From positions 63,296 to 127,295 of the forward strand of contig JAGWKL010000001.1 of NCBI GenBank assembly GCA_028865345.1: a stretch of DNA of 64,000 nucleotides. The letters run 5' to 3'. Every line of letters begins with the position of its first letter. Within the stretch, counting starts at the first letter, position 1. Position numbers and translations under genes: made by a program. The notes below the pieces were generated by a model. The model made no database searches and was not told the origin of the DNA. It was given only the letters and a program-made list of their open reading frames with translations. Positions 1-12,584 of this stretch are shown here, one piece after another. Source of the stretch: Candidatus Omnitrophota bacterium (GTDB lineage Bacteria; Omnitrophota; Gorgyraeia; Zapsychrales; Fredricksoniimonadaceae).

Positions 1-574
1 CTTCCGCGAAACCATAATCGATATCCGCGCGCAAGGTCTGTAAAGGGACCTTGCCTTCATGGTATTTCTCGGTCCGCGCCATTTCCGCCCCGCCTAAACG
101 GCCGGCGCAGCGGATCTTGATCCCCTTGGCGCCTGCGGCGCGGGACTGTTCAATGGAACGCTTCATCGCCCTGCGGAAAGCCACGCGTTTTTCCAGTTGG
201 AAAGCCACGGTCTGGGCCACCAGCTGGGCATCAAGATTCGGATTTTTGATTTCCTGGATATCCACCACAATCTTGTCCATGTCCTTTTTGGTGATGTCCT
301 TAAGCTCGGCGCGCAGGCGGTCGATGTCAGCCCCGCGGCGGCCGATGATGACACCGGGACGCGCGGTATGGATGCGCACCCTGACCTGTTCCGCCAGGCG
401 CTCGATCACGATCATGGAAACGGCGGCCTGCTCAAATTTTTCACGGATATATTTGCGGATCCTGAAGTCCTGCCTGATATTGCCGGAATAATCCTGGCGC
501 TGGGCAAACCAGATGCTGCGCCAGTTTTTGGTGTACCCAAGTCTTAAGGCTAACGGATGAACTTTTTGACCCAC
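1..574 (-). CDS. rpsC: 30S ribosomal protein S3 (partial, 3' end outside window)
   Basis: Manual translation from GTG at 574 gives (M)GQKVHPLALRLGY..., then HTARPGVIIGRRG and GIKIRCAGRLGGAEMARTE; follows rplV. Confidence 0.97.
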   Translation of the reverse strand, partial: MGQKVHPLALRLGYTKNWRSIWFAQRQDYSGNIRQDFRIRKYIREKFEQAAVSMIVIERLAEQVRVRIHTARPGVIIGRRGADIDRLRAELKDITKKDMDKIVVDIQEIKNPNLDAQLVAQTVAFQLEKRVAFRRAMKRSIEQSRAAGAKGIKIRCAGRLGGAEMARTEKYHEGKVPLQTLRADIDYGFAE

Positions 575-586
575 AGTTTTATTCTC

Positions 587-922
587 CTATTTGGTTTTTA
601 CGTCCAATTCAACGGTTAAATGTGTTGTCCGGCGCAAAATCGGGGTGGCGCGGCCGAATGAAGCGGCCCGGAAACGTTTCCATGCCCCGCCATGGTTGGC
701 GGTGATGGTCTTGATGAAAAGCTGCTCTTCGCTCAAACCTTTTTGCTTGGCGTTGTTCACCGCGGAATCAAGCACCTTTTTGACCAGATCGCCGGCACCC
801 TTGTCGATCTGGGACAACAGGGCCTTGCTCGTCGGCACGTCCTTGCCGCGGATGGCATCGCAGACCTGTCGCATCTTCATTGACGAAACCCTTAAATATT
901 TCCCTCTGGCGATCGCTATCAT
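587..922 (-). CDS. rplV: 50S ribosomal protein L22
   Basis: KVLDSAVNNA and RAASFGRATPILRRTTHLTV motifs; S10 operon order. Confidence 0.97.
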   Translation of the reverse strand: MIAIARGKYLRVSSMKMRQVCDAIRGKDVPTSKALLSQIDKGAGDLVKKVLDSAVNNAKQKGLSEEQLFIKTITANHGGAWKRFRAASFGRATPILRRTTHLTVELDVKTK

Positions 923-938
923 AATTTTTTCCTATGGG

Positions 939-1226
939 TTACTTCTTCTGCATGGCTTTCTTGGCCTTGACGCCGCCATGGGCTTTAAAAGTACGGGTCG
1001 CCACAAAATCCCCCAATTTCATACCCACCATGTTCTCGGTGACGAACACCGGCACGTGTTTGCGGCCGTCATGCACGGCAAATGTATACCCCACGAAGTT
1101 GGGAATGATCGTGGAACGGCGCGACCAGGTCTTGATCGGCTGGCGCTGGCCCGAGGCCACGACCTTGTCAAACCTGCGCGATAATGATTCTTCGACGTAA
1201 GCACCTTTTTTAACTGATCTTGACAT
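939..1226 (-). CDS. rpsS: 30S ribosomal protein S19
   Basis: [23 protein letters not shown] motifs. Confidence 0.98.
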   Translation of the reverse strand: MSRSVKKGAYVEESLSRRFDKVVASGQRQPIKTWSRRSTIIPNFVGYTFAVHDGRKHVPVFVTENMVGMKLGDFVATRTFKAHGGVKAKKAMQKK

Positions 1227-1333
1227 CTATTGACCTCTTATGTTGTCCTTTTTAAAATTGCCTTTCACTTCAATCACTTCCCGCAATGACGCTACGGCAC
1301 GATGACCAGGAAAGTATCCACTAAAGCCTATTG

Positions 1334-2173
1334 TTACTTCTGTCTCCTTTTAACGATCATATGATTGGAATATTTACGGCGGTGCCGGGTCTTGGCGCCC
1401 TTGGTCGGTTTGCCCCACGGGGTGACCGGATGAGGGTTGCCCTGCGGCGCTTTGCCTTCGCCGCCGCCGTGCGGATGGTCGACAGGGTTCATGACAACGC
1501 CGCGCGACTGCGGACGGCGGCCCAGCCAGCGGCTGCGCCCGGCCTTACCGATCGACACTGTTTCATTCTCCACGTTGCTCAATTGCCCGATGGTGGCCCG
1601 GCAATCGATGGACACCTTGCGCACTTCGCTGGAAGGCAGGCGCAGATGAGCGATATTGCCTTCCTTGGCGATGAGTTGCGCGGATGTCCCTGCGGAACGC
1701 GCCAATTGTCCGCCGTTGCCCGGCTTTAATTCGATATTATGCACGCCCGTACCCAAGGGGATCTTGCGCAGCGGCAGGCAGTTGCCCGCCATCATGTCCA
1801 CGTCGCTGTTATTGGTACTGACGACCGTATGGCCGACGCGCAGGTCAACAGGCGCCAAAATATATGCTTTGCTTTTATCGCTTTTGTACTGGATCAGGGC
1901 AATGCGGCAGGTGCGGTTGGGATCATATTCGATGCCGATGACTTCGGCGGGATCATCAAAACGGGTGCGCTTAAAATCAATGAGACGGTACATGCGCTTA
2001 TGCCCTGCCCCGCGGTGGCGTGAGGTGATGCGGCCATAGGAATTACGCCCGCCGGAACTCTTCAAAGGCGTAAGCAAAGATTTTTCCGGCTTCCCCTTGG
2101 TCAGTTCGCTGTAATCCGGCAGGGCCGCATGGCGCACGCCGTTGGTATATGGTCTGAAACGTTTAATTCCCAT
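1334..2173 (-). CDS. rplB: 50S ribosomal protein L2
   Basis: IEYDPNR and [13 protein letters not shown] motifs. Confidence 0.99.
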   Translation of the reverse strand: MGIKRFRPYTNGVRHAALPDYSELTKGKPEKSLLTPLKSSGGRNSYGRITSRHRGAGHKRMYRLIDFKRTRFDDPAEVIGIEYDPNRTCRIALIQYKSDKSKAYILAPVDLRVGHTVVSTNNSDVDMMAGNCLPLRKIPLGTGVHNIELKPGNGGQLARSAGTSAQLIAKEGNIAHLRLPSSEVRKVSIDCRATIGQLSNVENETVSIGKAGRSRWLGRRPQSRGVVMNPVDHPHGGGEGKAPQGNPHPVTPWGKPTKGAKTRHRRKYSNHMIVKRRQK

Positions 2174-2451
2174 TAGACACCTTCTATTTTCTGTCCCTCT
2201 TTCAGAGAGACGATGGCTTTTTTCCAGCCTGCCGTATATCCGGCCTTATAACGCACGCGCTTGAGCTTGCCCGGCACATGGGTGGTATTCACCGAATCAA
2301 CCTTGACCTTATAAATTTCTTCGACGGCGCGCTTGACGTCGATCTTGGTGGCGTTGGTCGCCACACGGAACAGATACTGGCCTTGGGGCTCTAAAGCGGT
2401 GCCTTTTTCAGTCCGTACCAGCGCTTTGACGACGTCGTAACAAGTAATCAT
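2173..2451 (-). CDS. rplW: 50S ribosomal protein L23
   Basis: [22 protein letters not shown] motifs; operon order. Confidence 0.97.
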   Translation of the reverse strand: MITCYDVVKALVRTEKGTALEPQGQYLFRVATNATKIDVKRAVEEIYKVKVDSVNTTHVPGKLKRVRYKAGYTAGWKKAIVSLKEGQKIEGV

Positions 2452-3071
2452 AGGATTCTCTTTAATAAAGTTGTTAACGCTTCCTTGGTCAGCAGAACAT
2501 CCTTATTGTTCATGATGTCCGACGCATTCGCGTCCAAAGCGCGCACCACGGTCAGCCGCGGAATGTTGCGGGAGGCGCGCAAGGTCTTTTCATCGGCACC
2601 ATCGAGCACGGCCAGCGTACGGCCCTCGAGGTTCAACACCCGCAGGATGGCGGCAAAATCTTTTGTTTTGCCTGAAGGGACCGCCAAACCGTCAATGCAC
2701 CATAAATGGTTGCCCACAAACTTGGCGTTCAGGCTTTCGCGCAAAGCGCCCGCCTTGGCCTTCCTGGAAATGGTATAACCGAAATCGCGCGGATGCGGTC
2801 CGAAAATGATACCGCCCTTTTTCCATAACGGGGAACGGCTGGACCCCTGACGGGAACGGCCGGTGCCTTTCTGGGCCCACGGCTTTTTACCGCCGCCGGA
2901 GACGTCCTTGCGGGTCTTGGTGGAAGCCGTGCCGGCGCGACGGTTGGCGTTGTACATGACCACGGCCTGGTGGATCACCGCACCGTTGACGGCCACACCG
3001 AATTTCCCGTCGGGCAGATCGATCTTCGCCGCTTTTTTCCCTTGAGTGTCAACCACATTCAATTCTGGCAT
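2448..3071 (-). CDS. rplD: 50S ribosomal protein L4
   Basis: KPWAQKGTGRSRQGS and GGIIFGP motifs. Confidence 0.98.
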   Translation of the reverse strand: MPELNVVDTQGKKAAKIDLPDGKFGVAVNGAVIHQAVVMYNANRRAGTASTKTRKDVSGGGKKPWAQKGTGRSRQGSSRSPLWKKGGIIFGPHPRDFGYTISRKAKAGALRESLNAKFVGNHLWCIDGLAVPSGKTKDFAAILRVLNLEGRTLAVLDGADEKTLRASRNIPRLTVVRALDANASDIMNNKDVLLTKEALTTLLKRIL

Positions 3072-3082
3072 AAATAGTCCTG

Positions 3083-3802
3083 TTATTTCTTGGCCGAAGC
3101 TTTGGCACCGGCAGCCGCCTTGCTTTGTTTCATCGGGTTGCGTTTCACCGCGGCCGTTTCCTTCTTTTCATCCAGCGAACGGAAAGCCTTCTTCTTCGAT
3201 TTATTAATAAGCACCATTCCGTTCTTGTGGCCGGGAACGGCGCCCTTGACGAGGATCAAATTATTGTCGGCATCGACACGCATGACGCGCAGCGACTGCA
3301 CCGTCACGGTCTCCATACCCATGTGCCCCGGCATGTGCTGCCCCTTATAAACACGGGAAGGGTCGGAACTCGAACCGATGGAACCCACCCGGCGATGATG
3401 CATGGAACCATGCGCGGCAGGGCCGCCGTTCCAATTCCACCGGACCATGCCGCCCTGAAAACCTTTGCCGATGGAGGTCCCGGTCACGTCCACGAAATCG
3501 CCGGCCTTGAACAGGTCCGCTTTGAGCACCTCGCCGACCTTATAATCCTTATTATCGGCGGACTCAAACTCCTTGATGTGCCTCAAAGAGCCCTGGCCTA
3601 TTTTCTTAAAAAACCCCAAGACCGGTTTTCGCAGCCTGGTCTCTTTGACGGGCTCGTAGCCTAAAACAACCTTCTTGGGGTTGTCTTTCAAACCCAATAC
3701 CGTGCAAGGGCCCGCTTCGACGACGGTGACAGGCGTGATATTGCCTTCGTTGTCGAAAATCTGGGTCATGCCTATCTTTTTACCCATTATTCCTCTAATC
3801 AT
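3083..3802 (-). CDS. rplC: 50S ribosomal protein L3
   Basis: KKIGMTQIF, GKGFQG, MPGHMG motifs; Lys/Ala-rich C-terminal tail. Confidence 0.98.
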   Translation of the reverse strand: MIRGIMGKKIGMTQIFDNEGNITPVTVVEAGPCTVLGLKDNPKKVVLGYEPVKETRLRKPVLGFFKKIGQGSLRHIKEFESADNKDYKVGEVLKADLFKAGDFVDVTGTSIGKGFQGGMVRWNWNGGPAAHGSMHHRRVGSIGSSSDPSRVYKGQHMPGHMGMETVTVQSLRVMRVDADNNLILVKGAVPGHKNGMVLINKSKKKAFRSLDEKKETAAVKRNPMKQSKAAAGAKASAKK

Positions 3803-3916
3803 CTATATCCCACCTTCCCTACAAAGCTAAATTTCAATATTGTATTAGTGGCAGTTGTAAAGTGAGCGAGCGGCAATAAATTTTCTTATCACTCCACCAC
3901 TTTACCACTTGATCAC

Positions 3917-4218
3917 TTACTGCTTTATCTCGACGTCCACTCCGGCCGGCAAATTCAATTTGCGCAGGGCCTCCACGGTCTTCGACGTGGGATTGACCAG
4001 GTCGATCAGCCGCTTATGGGTCGCCAGTTGGAACTGCTCGCGAGATTTTTTATCGATCACCGGTGAACGCAGGACCGTGTACAGTTCCTTCTTGGTCGGC
4101 AGCGGCACCGGACCCAAAATCTGGGCGCCGGTACGGATGGCCGTATCCACGATCTCCTGGGTGCTTTGGTCGATCAACCGGTGGTCGAACGCTTTAAGTT
4201 TTATACGTATTTTTTGCA

Positions 4219-4219
<1 letters not shown>
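3917..4219 (-). CDS. rpsJ: 30S ribosomal protein S10
   Basis: [24 protein letters not shown]; start moved to the ATG at 4219, which overlaps the tuf stop (TAATG). Confidence 0.98.
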
Positions 4220-5415
<1,196 letters not shown>

Positions 5416-5558
5416 GACTCTGCCCTCCGTTGATTTGAATGCCTATCGAATTTTTAGTATAAGGCTTTCTCTCCCCGCCCTTAACCTCGCAGGGATCCAT
5501 CATTAAATTTCAATCCAAAATTACGCTATTCTCTATCTCAAAGGTACAGGGTATTTCG

Positions 5559-7664
5559 TCAGCTGACCTTAGCGACGAAATCCTGACGGGCGCCGATGAT
5601 CTTCTCGGCGATACTGTTGGGAACCTGCGCATAAAACGAAGGTTCCATAGAGAATGATGCACGCCCCTGCGTGAGGGACCGCAGCGCATTCGCGTAGCCA
5701 AACATTTCAGCCAAGGGCGCATCGACAAGGGCGGTCTTCAGTTTCCCGCGGTTGCCGGTTTCCTTGATCTGAGCACGACGTTTCATCAGATCACCGGTGA
5801 CATTGCCCCAGTGCTCATCAGAACATTCAACTTCCAACTTCATGATCGGTTCCATAAACACGGAACCCGCCTTACGGAAGGCATCCTTTATAGCATATTT
5901 TGCCGCCAATTGGAAGGAAATTTCATCAGAGTCCACATCATGATAAGATCCATCCACCAGGGTCGCCACGAAGTCCGTGACCGGATATCCCGCAAGTATA
6001 CCATTTTGCGAGCCCATTTCAATGCCTTCTTTGCAGGGCTTGATGAATTCACGGGGAATGGCGCCCCCCTTGATCTTATCGACGAACACAAATCCCGTGC
6101 CGGGCTCACCGGGCTCGACGTCGATAACCACGTGCCCGTACTTGCCGCGGCCGCCGGACTGCTGGATGTATTTTCCGACGACGCCGGTGACTTTCTTGGT
6201 GATGGCTTCCTTGTAGGCGACTTCCGGCCGGCCGACGTTGCATTCCAGATTGTTCTCGCGCTTCATGCGGTCGACGATGATGTCCAGGTGCAGCTCGCCC
6301 ATCCCGGAGATAATGGTCTGGGAGGTCTCCTGGTCAAATTTAACGCGCAACGACGGGTCTTCATCCAAAAATTTACGCAGCACCACGCCCATCTTGTCCT
6401 GGTCGGCCTTGGTTTTGGGCTCAATGGCCAGGGAAACCACGGCTTCCGGCGGCTTTAGGCCTTCCAGCACCACGGGCTTGTCTTCCAAACAAAGCGTATC
6501 GCCCGACTTGCTTTCTTTCAGGCCGACAAATGCAACGATCTCGCCGGCGGAAGCCGAAGAGATGATCTCCTGCTTGTTGGAGTGCATGATCACCATCTTG
6601 GAGATCTTTTCATTTTTGCCGTTGGAAGAATTCAAATAATTCTGCCCCGGAAGGAAACGGCCGGAATAAACACGGGTGAAGAAAATTTTGCCGACATAGG
6701 GATCGGAAGCGATCTTGAACACCAGCCCTACAGGAGCGGCGGCGGGATCGGCTTTTAAATCAATGCGTTCTTCCTTATTATCAGGATTGTAGCCCTTCAT
6801 GGGGGGAATGTCCAAAGGCGAAGGCAGGAAATCGATAACGGCATCCAAGAGCATCTGCACCCCCCTGTTTTTCTTGGAGGTGCCCGTCAAAACGGGTATG
6901 AATTTACAGGCGATGACGGTGCGGCGGATGGCCTTCATCAGCTGTTCTTTGGTGGGCATCTTGCCTTCGATAAAAAGTTCCATCATTTCATCGTCGACTT
7001 CAGCCAGGCGTTCGATCAGGGTATGGCGATATGCGCCTAAACGTTCCTTGAATTCTTCGGGGACGGGCAGGCGGTCAAATTCCATACCGTCTATGTCCTT
7101 ATATTGGATATACTGCTCGTTAACGATGTCAACCAGGCCTTTAAAATTATCCTCGGCCCCGTCGTTGAACACGACGGCGGCCGCATTGGCGCCGAAACGG
7201 TCATGCATCTCGCCGATGACGCGGTCAAAATTGGCGCCCAGGCGGTCTATCTTATTGATAAACGCGATGCGCGGGACATGGTATTTGTCCGCCTGGCGGT
7301 ATACGGTCTCGGTCTGCGGCTGGACGCCTGAACAGGCGCACAGCACGATAACGGCGCCGTCCAAAACTTTCAGCGAACGCTCGACCTCGATGGTAAAGTC
7401 CACGTGGCCGGGCGTGTCGATGATATTGACGCGGTGGTCCCTCCAAAAACAGGTGGTGGCGGCCGCCGTGATGGTGATCCCGCGCTCCTGCTCCTGGGGC
7501 ATCCAGTCCATGGTGGTGTTGCCGTCATCGATATCGCCCATTTTATGAATGGTGCCGGTATAGTACAAAATACGCTCGGTCGTCGTGGTTTTTCCCGCGT
7601 CGATGTGGGCGATGATACCGATATTGCGAAACATATTTAAAGGGACTGTATTAGCGGAGGCCAT
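5559..7664 (-). CDS. fusA: Elongation factor G
   Basis: AHIDAGKTT, DTPGHVDF, GMGELHL, GSYHDVDS; between rpsG and tuf. Confidence 0.99.
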   Translation of the reverse strand: MASANTVPLNMFRNIGIIAHIDAGKTTTTERILYYTGTIHKMGDIDDGNTTMDWMPQEQERGITITAAATTCFWRDHRVNIIDTPGHVDFTIEVERSLKVLDGAVIVLCACSGVQPQTETVYRQADKYHVPRIAFINKIDRLGANFDRVIGEMHDRFGANAAAVVFNDGAEDNFKGLVDIVNEQYIQYKDIDGMEFDRLPVPEEFKERLGAYRHTLIERLAEVDDEMMELFIEGKMPTKEQLMKAIRRTVIACKFIPVLTGTSKKNRGVQMLLDAVIDFLPSPLDIPPMKGYNPDNKEERIDLKADPAAAPVGLVFKIASDPYVGKIFFTRVYSGRFLPGQNYLNSSNGKNEKISKMVIMHSNKQEIISSASAGEIVAFVGLKESKSGDTLCLEDKPVVLEGLKPPEAVVSLAIEPKTKADQDKMGVVLRKFLDEDPSLRVKFDQETSQTIISGMGELHLDIIVDRMKRENNLECNVGRPEVAYKEAITKKVTGVVGKYIQQSGGRGKYGHVVIDVEPGEPGTGFVFVDKIKGGAIPREFIKPCKEGIEMGSQNGILAGYPVTDFVATLVDGSYHDVDSDEISFQLAAKYAIKDAFRKAGSVFMEPIMKLEVECSDEHWGNVTGDLMKRRAQIKETGNRGKLKTALVDAPLAEMFGYANALRSLTQGRASFSMEPSFYAQVPNSIAEKIIGARQDFVAKVS

Positions 7665-7673
7665 AGGATTTTG

Positions 7674-8144
7674 TTACCATCTCAGGTGGCTGAAAGCACG
7701 GTTGGCTTCGGCCATTTTGTGGGTTTCATCGCGTTTCTTGATGGCGGGGCCTTCGGACTTGTATGCGGCGACCAGTTCTTCCGCTAATTTGATGTCCATA
7801 GGTTTGCCTTTTTTGTTGCGGGCATAATCGCGGATCCAGCGCATGGCCAGAGACACGCCGCGCGCGGGTACGACATCCGTCGGGACTTGATAGGTGGCCC
7901 CCCCGACACGGCGGCTTTTGACCTCCAGGCGAGGGCGCACATTGTCCACGGCCTTGGTCAAGGCCTTGACAGGGCTTTCTTCCTGGGTCTTTTCCTTCAA
8001 AATGTCCAGGGCGTTGTAAACGATATTTTCAGCGATGGTCTTTTTGCCGTCCACCATCAGGATGGCAATGAACCTGGAAACCAGGTCGCTGTTGTATTTG
8101 GGATCGCCCATCACTGTTCTTTTTTCCGCTCTACGTCTTCTCAT
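7674..8144 (-). CDS. rpsG: 30S ribosomal protein S7
   Basis: RRVGGATYQVP and HKMAEANRAF. Confidence 0.99.
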   Translation of the reverse strand: MRRRRAEKRTVMGDPKYNSDLVSRFIAILMVDGKKTIAENIVYNALDILKEKTQEESPVKALTKAVDNVRPRLEVKSRRVGGATYQVPTDVVPARGVSLAMRWIRDYARNKKGKPMDIKLAEELVAAYKSEGPAIKKRDETHKMAEANRAFSHLRW

Positions 8145-8149
8145 GGATT

Positions 8150-8527
8150 CTATTTACCTTTAGCTCTTTTGGCCCCGTATTTGGAACGGGATTTTTTACG
8201 ATCAGCCACTCCCGATGTGTCAAGCGTGCCACGCACGATGTGATAACGCACGCCCGGCAGGTCCTTGACGCGCCCGCCCCGCACCAGGACGATCGAGTGT
8301 TCCTGTAAATTGTGCCCTTCACCCGGTATGTACGAGGTGACTTCGACCTTGTTCGAAAGGCGCACGCGCGCAATCTTACGCAGCGCCGAGTTAGGCTTCT
8401 TGGGCGTCATGGTCTTGACCTGCAGGCACACCCCGCGGCGCTGCGGGCACGATGTCAGCGCCGGAGACTTGCTGCGTTTGGTCTTAAGCAGCCTGCGGTG
8501 CCTGATCAACTGCGATATCGTCGGCAT
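8150..8527 (-). CDS. rpsL: 30S ribosomal protein S12
   Basis: [10 protein letters not shown] and [11 protein letters not shown]. Confidence 0.99.
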   Translation of the reverse strand: MPTISQLIRHRRLLKTKRSKSPALTSCPQRRGVCLQVKTMTPKKPNSALRKIARVRLSNKVEVTSYIPGEGHNLQEHSIVLVRGGRVKDLPGVRYHIVRGTLDTSGVADRKKSRSKYGAKRAKGK

Positions 8528-11500
8528 GTTTCTCCATCTCCACTTCGTTATATTCCTTCATCCCCGTCCCTGCCGGGATCAAATGCCCGACAATGACGTT
8601 CTCTTTTAACCCGCGCAAAAGGTCAACTTTACCAGATGCGGCGGCCTCTGTCAAGACCCTTGTTGTTTCCTGGAAGCTCGCGGCGGAAATGAAACTTTCC
8701 GTCGTCAAAGACACCTTGGTGATGCCCAAGAGCAACGGGGTCGCCTGAGCGGGCTTGCCCTTCTTCTTCATGACCGCCTCATTGGCCCGCTTGAAGGACA
8801 AACGGTCGACCTGATCACCGACTAGAAAATCGGTGTCGCCCGCATCATCGATGCGCACTTTTTTGAGCATCTGGGCGATGATGATCTCGATGTGCTTGTC
8901 GTTGATGCGCACACCCTGCAGACGGTAGACTTCCTGGACCTCGTTTAATAAATATTCCTGCAGGGCCTTGTCCCCGCAGACGCGCAAAATGTCCTGGGGA
9001 ACGACCGGCCCGTCGGTCAGCTGCTGGCCGGCGAACACGTGGTCCCCCTTGTACACGTTGGGGTGCTTGCCGTGGGGTATCGTGTATTCCTTGACGATGC
9101 CGGTGGCGCTTCTGACGATGATGGTGCGCAGGCCTTTTTTATCTTCGCCGAATTCACACGTCCCGTCGATCTCGGCGATCACCGCCGGGTCCTTGGGACG
9201 GCGGGCCTCAAAAAGCTCGGCCACGCGCGGCAGACCGCCGGTGATGTCGCGGGTCTTGGATGCCCCGCGCGGGATCTTGGCGATGAGCTCGCCGGCCGCG
9301 ATATTGTCCTTGTCATTGACGAGGATGTGCGCGCCCGTGGGGATCGAATAGATCCCCGCGATCTCGCCCTTGGCGTCGGTGATGATGATCTGCGGGTGGT
9401 ATTCCTGCTTATGCTCGACAACCACGCGCTCGACGACCCCGGTCACGGGATTTTCCTCGCGCTGGTAGGTGGTGCCTTCGATCAAATCTTCAAATGAAAC
9501 CTTGCCGTGGGCCTCGGTGATGATGGGAATGGTGTACGGGTCCCAGGTGGCCACGACCGTCCCCTTGGTCACCGCCGCTCCGTCGGCAAAAGACAGGGCC
9601 GTGCCCTGCGGCAGCAAATGACGCTCGAATTCGCGGCCGTATTCGTTGTTGATGCTGATACTGCCGTTACGGTTGAGGACAATGAATTCCTTGCCGCGGG
9701 CGACCACGCGCAACGTATGATATTTAAGCACGCCGTCCTGCTTGACCTTGATAAAGGACTGTTCGATGGTACGTGAGGCCGTACCGCCGATGTGGAAGGT
9801 CCTCATGGTCAGCTGGGTGCCGGGCTCGCCGATGCTTTGCGCGGCGATGGTCCCGACCGCCTCCCCGATTTCCACGATACGGTGGGTGCCCAGGTTGCGG
9901 CCGTAACATTTGACGCAAACGCCGACGCCCGCCTCGCAGGTCAGCACCGAGCGGATACGCACCTTTTCAATGCCCAGCTGCTCGATCAAATCCGCTTTTT
10001 CTTCCGTGATCTCTTCGCCGGCGGAAACCACCTGCTGGTCGGTGACCACGTCCAAAATATTGTCCAGCGCCACCCGGCCCACGATGCGCTCCTTCAGGGA
10101 GACCACCAGCTCATCACCTTCGGTGATGGCGGCGACCGTAATGCCGTTGACCGTGCCGCAATCCACCAAATTGACGACCATTTCCTGGGCCACGTCCACG
10201 AGACGGCGGGTCAAATACCCGGCGTCCGCGGTCTTAAGCGCGGTATCGGCCAACCCCTTGCGCGCGCCGTGGGTGGAGATGAAATATTCCAACACCGTCA
10301 GTCCTTCGCGGAAAGAGGCCGTGATGGGGCTTTCGATGATCTCACCCGAGGGCTTGGCCATCAAGCCCCGCATCCCGGAAAGCTGGCGGATCTGCAGCTT
10401 GGAACCGCGCGCCCCGGAATCGGCCATGATATAAACGGGATTAAACTGGTCCATTTTCTTGAACACCAAATCGGAAAGGGTTTCCGTCGTGTGGGTCCAG
10501 ATATCGATGACCTTGTTGTACCGTTCGCGGCCGGTGATGATCCCCTTGCGGTATTGGTCGTCGACCTTGGCCACTTCGCTTTTGGCGCTGGTGATGATCT
10601 TGGGCTTGTCCTCCGGGATCGTCAAATCCGACATGGCGATGGAAATGCCGGCTTCGGTGGCCCTCATGAACCCCAAGGTCTTCACATCGTCGAGTAATTT
10701 GACGGTGCGGTGATGGCCGAACCGTTTATAACAATCCGCAATGACGGAGCCGATACGCTTCTTGTCCAGCAGGTCGTTGACGAACCCGTAATCTTCAGGC
10801 AGCACTTCATTGAAAAACACGCGCCCGACGGTGGTTTCGATGATCCTGGAAACGGCGGCCGGCGCCGGCGCTTCTTTTTTCGCGCCCTTTTCCTTTTCCT
10901 GCGGCTGGATGACCATGGAAGGCTTTTCCTGGCCCCAGACGTTTTGGGTCAGGCGCAATTTGATACGGGCATGCAGATCCACATAGCCGTCGGTATACGC
11001 CACCTTGACCTCATCGATGGAACCGAACAAATGGCCCTCCCCGCTCGTGCCGGGACGCTCCTTGGTCAGGTAATAAAGGCCAAGGACGATGTCCTGCGTC
11101 GGGGAAACAATGGGGCGGCCGTCGGCCGGAGAGAACAGATTGTTCACGGACAACAATTGCAGGCGGCATTCGATCTGGGCCTCCAACGACAGCGGCACGT
11201 GAACGGCCATCTGGTCGCCGTCGAAGTCAGCGTTAAAGGCGGTACAGACCAACGGGTGCAGCTTGATGGCCTTGCCTTCGATCAACACCGGCTGAAAAGC
11301 CTGGATGGACAAACGGTGCAGCGTCGGGGCACGGTTGAGCATCACCGGATGGTCCTGGATGACTTCATCCAAAATGTCCCAGACCTCGATCTTGGCGCGC
11401 TCCACCATCCTCTTAGCGCCCTTGATGGTATGCACAAAACCTTTTTCACGCAATTTGCGGATGATGAAAGGCTCGAACAATTCCAGCGCCATTTTCTTAG

Positions 11501-12584
11501 GCAGACCGCACTGGTGCAATTTCATTTCGGGCCCGACCACGATGACGGAACGGCCGGAATAATCAACGCGTTTGCCCAAAAGGTTCATGCGGAAACGCCC
11601 CTGCTTGCCCTTGAGCATATCGGACAAAGACTTCAAAGGACGGTTGCCTGACCCCAACACCGGACGGCCATGGCGGCCGTTGTCCAGAAGCGCATCCACA
11701 GCCTCCTGCAACATGCGCTTTTCGTTGCGGATGATGATTTCCGGAGCATTGAGATCAATGAGCTTCTTCAAACGGTTGTTGCGGTTGATGACGCGACGGT
11801 ACAAATCATTAAGGTCAGACGTGGCGAAACGCCCACCTTCAAGGGGCACCAACGGACGCAAATCCGGAGGGATGACCGGCAGCACGTCCAACACCATCCA
11901 CGCGGGGTTGTTGCCCGAAGCGCGGAAATCCTCGACGATCTTCAGGGTCTTGGCCAGTTTCTTGAAATTGGTGCCGTTGGGATTGGCTTCGCTTAAGTCT
12001 TTGCGCAATTTTTTGCACAAGGCGGCCATGTCCAGTTCATTGAGCATTTCGCGCACGGCATCGGCGCCGATCTTGGCTTTAAAAGCGCCGCCGTGCTTGA
12101 CCACCGCCTCCTGGTACTCATCCTCGGAAAGGAACTGTTTTCTCTTTAAAGGCGATGTGCCGGGATCAATGATCACGTATTCTTCGTAGTAAATCAATTT
12201 TTCCAGATCGCGCAGGGAAACCTGCAGCATGGCGGCCAAACGGGAAGGCACCGCCTTGTAAAACCAGATATGCGTCACCGGGCAGGCGAGGTCGATATGG
12301 CCCATGCGCTCGCGGCGCACCGACGATCGGGTGACCAAAACGCCGCAACGGTCGCAGGTGATGCCCTTGAATTTGATGCCTTTATATTTGCCGCAGTTGC
12401 ATTCCCAGTCCCTCATGGGGCCGAAGATCTTCTCGCAGAAGAGCCCGTCCTTTTCCGGTTTCAGGGTGCGGTAATTGAGCGTCTCCGCCTTTTTGACCGG
12501 CCCCTTGGACCAGGACATGATCACGTCTGGAGAAGCGATACGGATGGTGATGCGGTCTTGTTTCGTAATATCGACTTTGCTCAT
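8484..12584 (-). CDS. rpoC: RNA polymerase beta' subunit
   Basis: [12 protein letters not shown] catalytic motif and N-terminal zinc finger; 3' end overlaps rpsL by 44 bp. Confidence 0.99.
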   Translation of the reverse strand: MSKVDITKQDRITIRIASPDVIMSWSKGPVKKAETLNYRTLKPEKDGLFCEKIFGPMRDWECNCGKYKGIKFKGITCDRCGVLVTRSSVRRERMGHIDLACPVTHIWFYKAVPSRLAAMLQVSLRDLEKLIYYEEYVIIDPGTSPLKRKQFLSEDEYQEAVVKHGGAFKAKIGADAVREMLNELDMAALCKKLRKDLSEANPNGTNFKKLAKTLKIVEDFRASGNNPAWMVLDVLPVIPPDLRPLVPLEGGRFATSDLNDLYRRVINRNNRLKKLIDLNAPEIIIRNEKRMLQEAVDALLDNGRHGRPVLGSGNRPLKSLSDMLKGKQGRFRMNLLGKRVDYSGRSVIVVGPEMKLHQCGLPKKMALELFEPFIIRKLREKGFVHTIKGAKRMVERAKIEVWDILDEVIQDHPVMLNRAPTLHRLSIQAFQPVLIEGKAIKLHPLVCTAFNADFDGDQMAVHVPLSLEAQIECRLQLLSVNNLFSPADGRPIVSPTQDIVLGLYYLTKERPGTSGEGHLFGSIDEVKVAYTDGYVDLHARIKLRLTQNVWGQEKPSMVIQPQEKEKGAKKEAPAPAAVSRIIETTVGRVFFNEVLPEDYGFVNDLLDKKRIGSVIADCYKRFGHHRTVKLLDDVKTLGFMRATEAGISIAMSDLTIPEDKPKIITSAKSEVAKVDDQYRKGIITGRERYNKVIDIWTHTTETLSDLVFKKMDQFNPVYIMADSGARGSKLQIRQLSGMRGLMAKPSGEIIESPITASFREGLTVLEYFISTHGARKGLADTALKTADAGYLTRRLVDVAQEMVVNLVDCGTVNGITVAAITEGDELVVSLKERIVGRVALDNILDVVTDQQVVSAGEEITEEKADLIEQLGIEKVRIRSVLTCEAGVGVCVKCYGRNLGTHRIVEIGEAVGTIAAQSIGEPGTQLTMRTFHIGGTASRTIEQSFIKVKQDGVLKYHTLRVVARGKEFIVLNRNGSISINNEYGREFERHLLPQGTALSFADGAAVTKGTVVATWDPYTIPIITEAHGKVSFEDLIEGTTYQREENPVTGVVERVVVEHKQEYHPQIIITDAKGEIAGIYSIPTGAHILVNDKDNIAAGELIAKIPRGASKTRDITGGLPRVAELFEARRPKDPAVIAEIDGTCEFGEDKKGLRTIIVRSATGIVKEYTIPHGKHPNVYKGDHVFAGQQLTDGPVVPQDILRVCGDKALQEYLLNEVQEVYRLQGVRINDKHIEIIIAQMLKKVRIDDAGDTDFLVGDQVDRLSFKRANEAVMKKKGKPAQATPLLLGITKVSLTTESFISAASFQETTRVLTEAAASGKVDLLRGLKENVIVGHLIPAGTGMKEYNEVEMEKHADDIAVDQAPQAA

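Noticed and set aside
1227-1333. Unusually long rplB-rpsS spacer containing CGCAATGAC, similar to a known palindromic repeat end
   Set aside because: Too degenerate, with no complementary arm, so it cannot be supported as a repeat.
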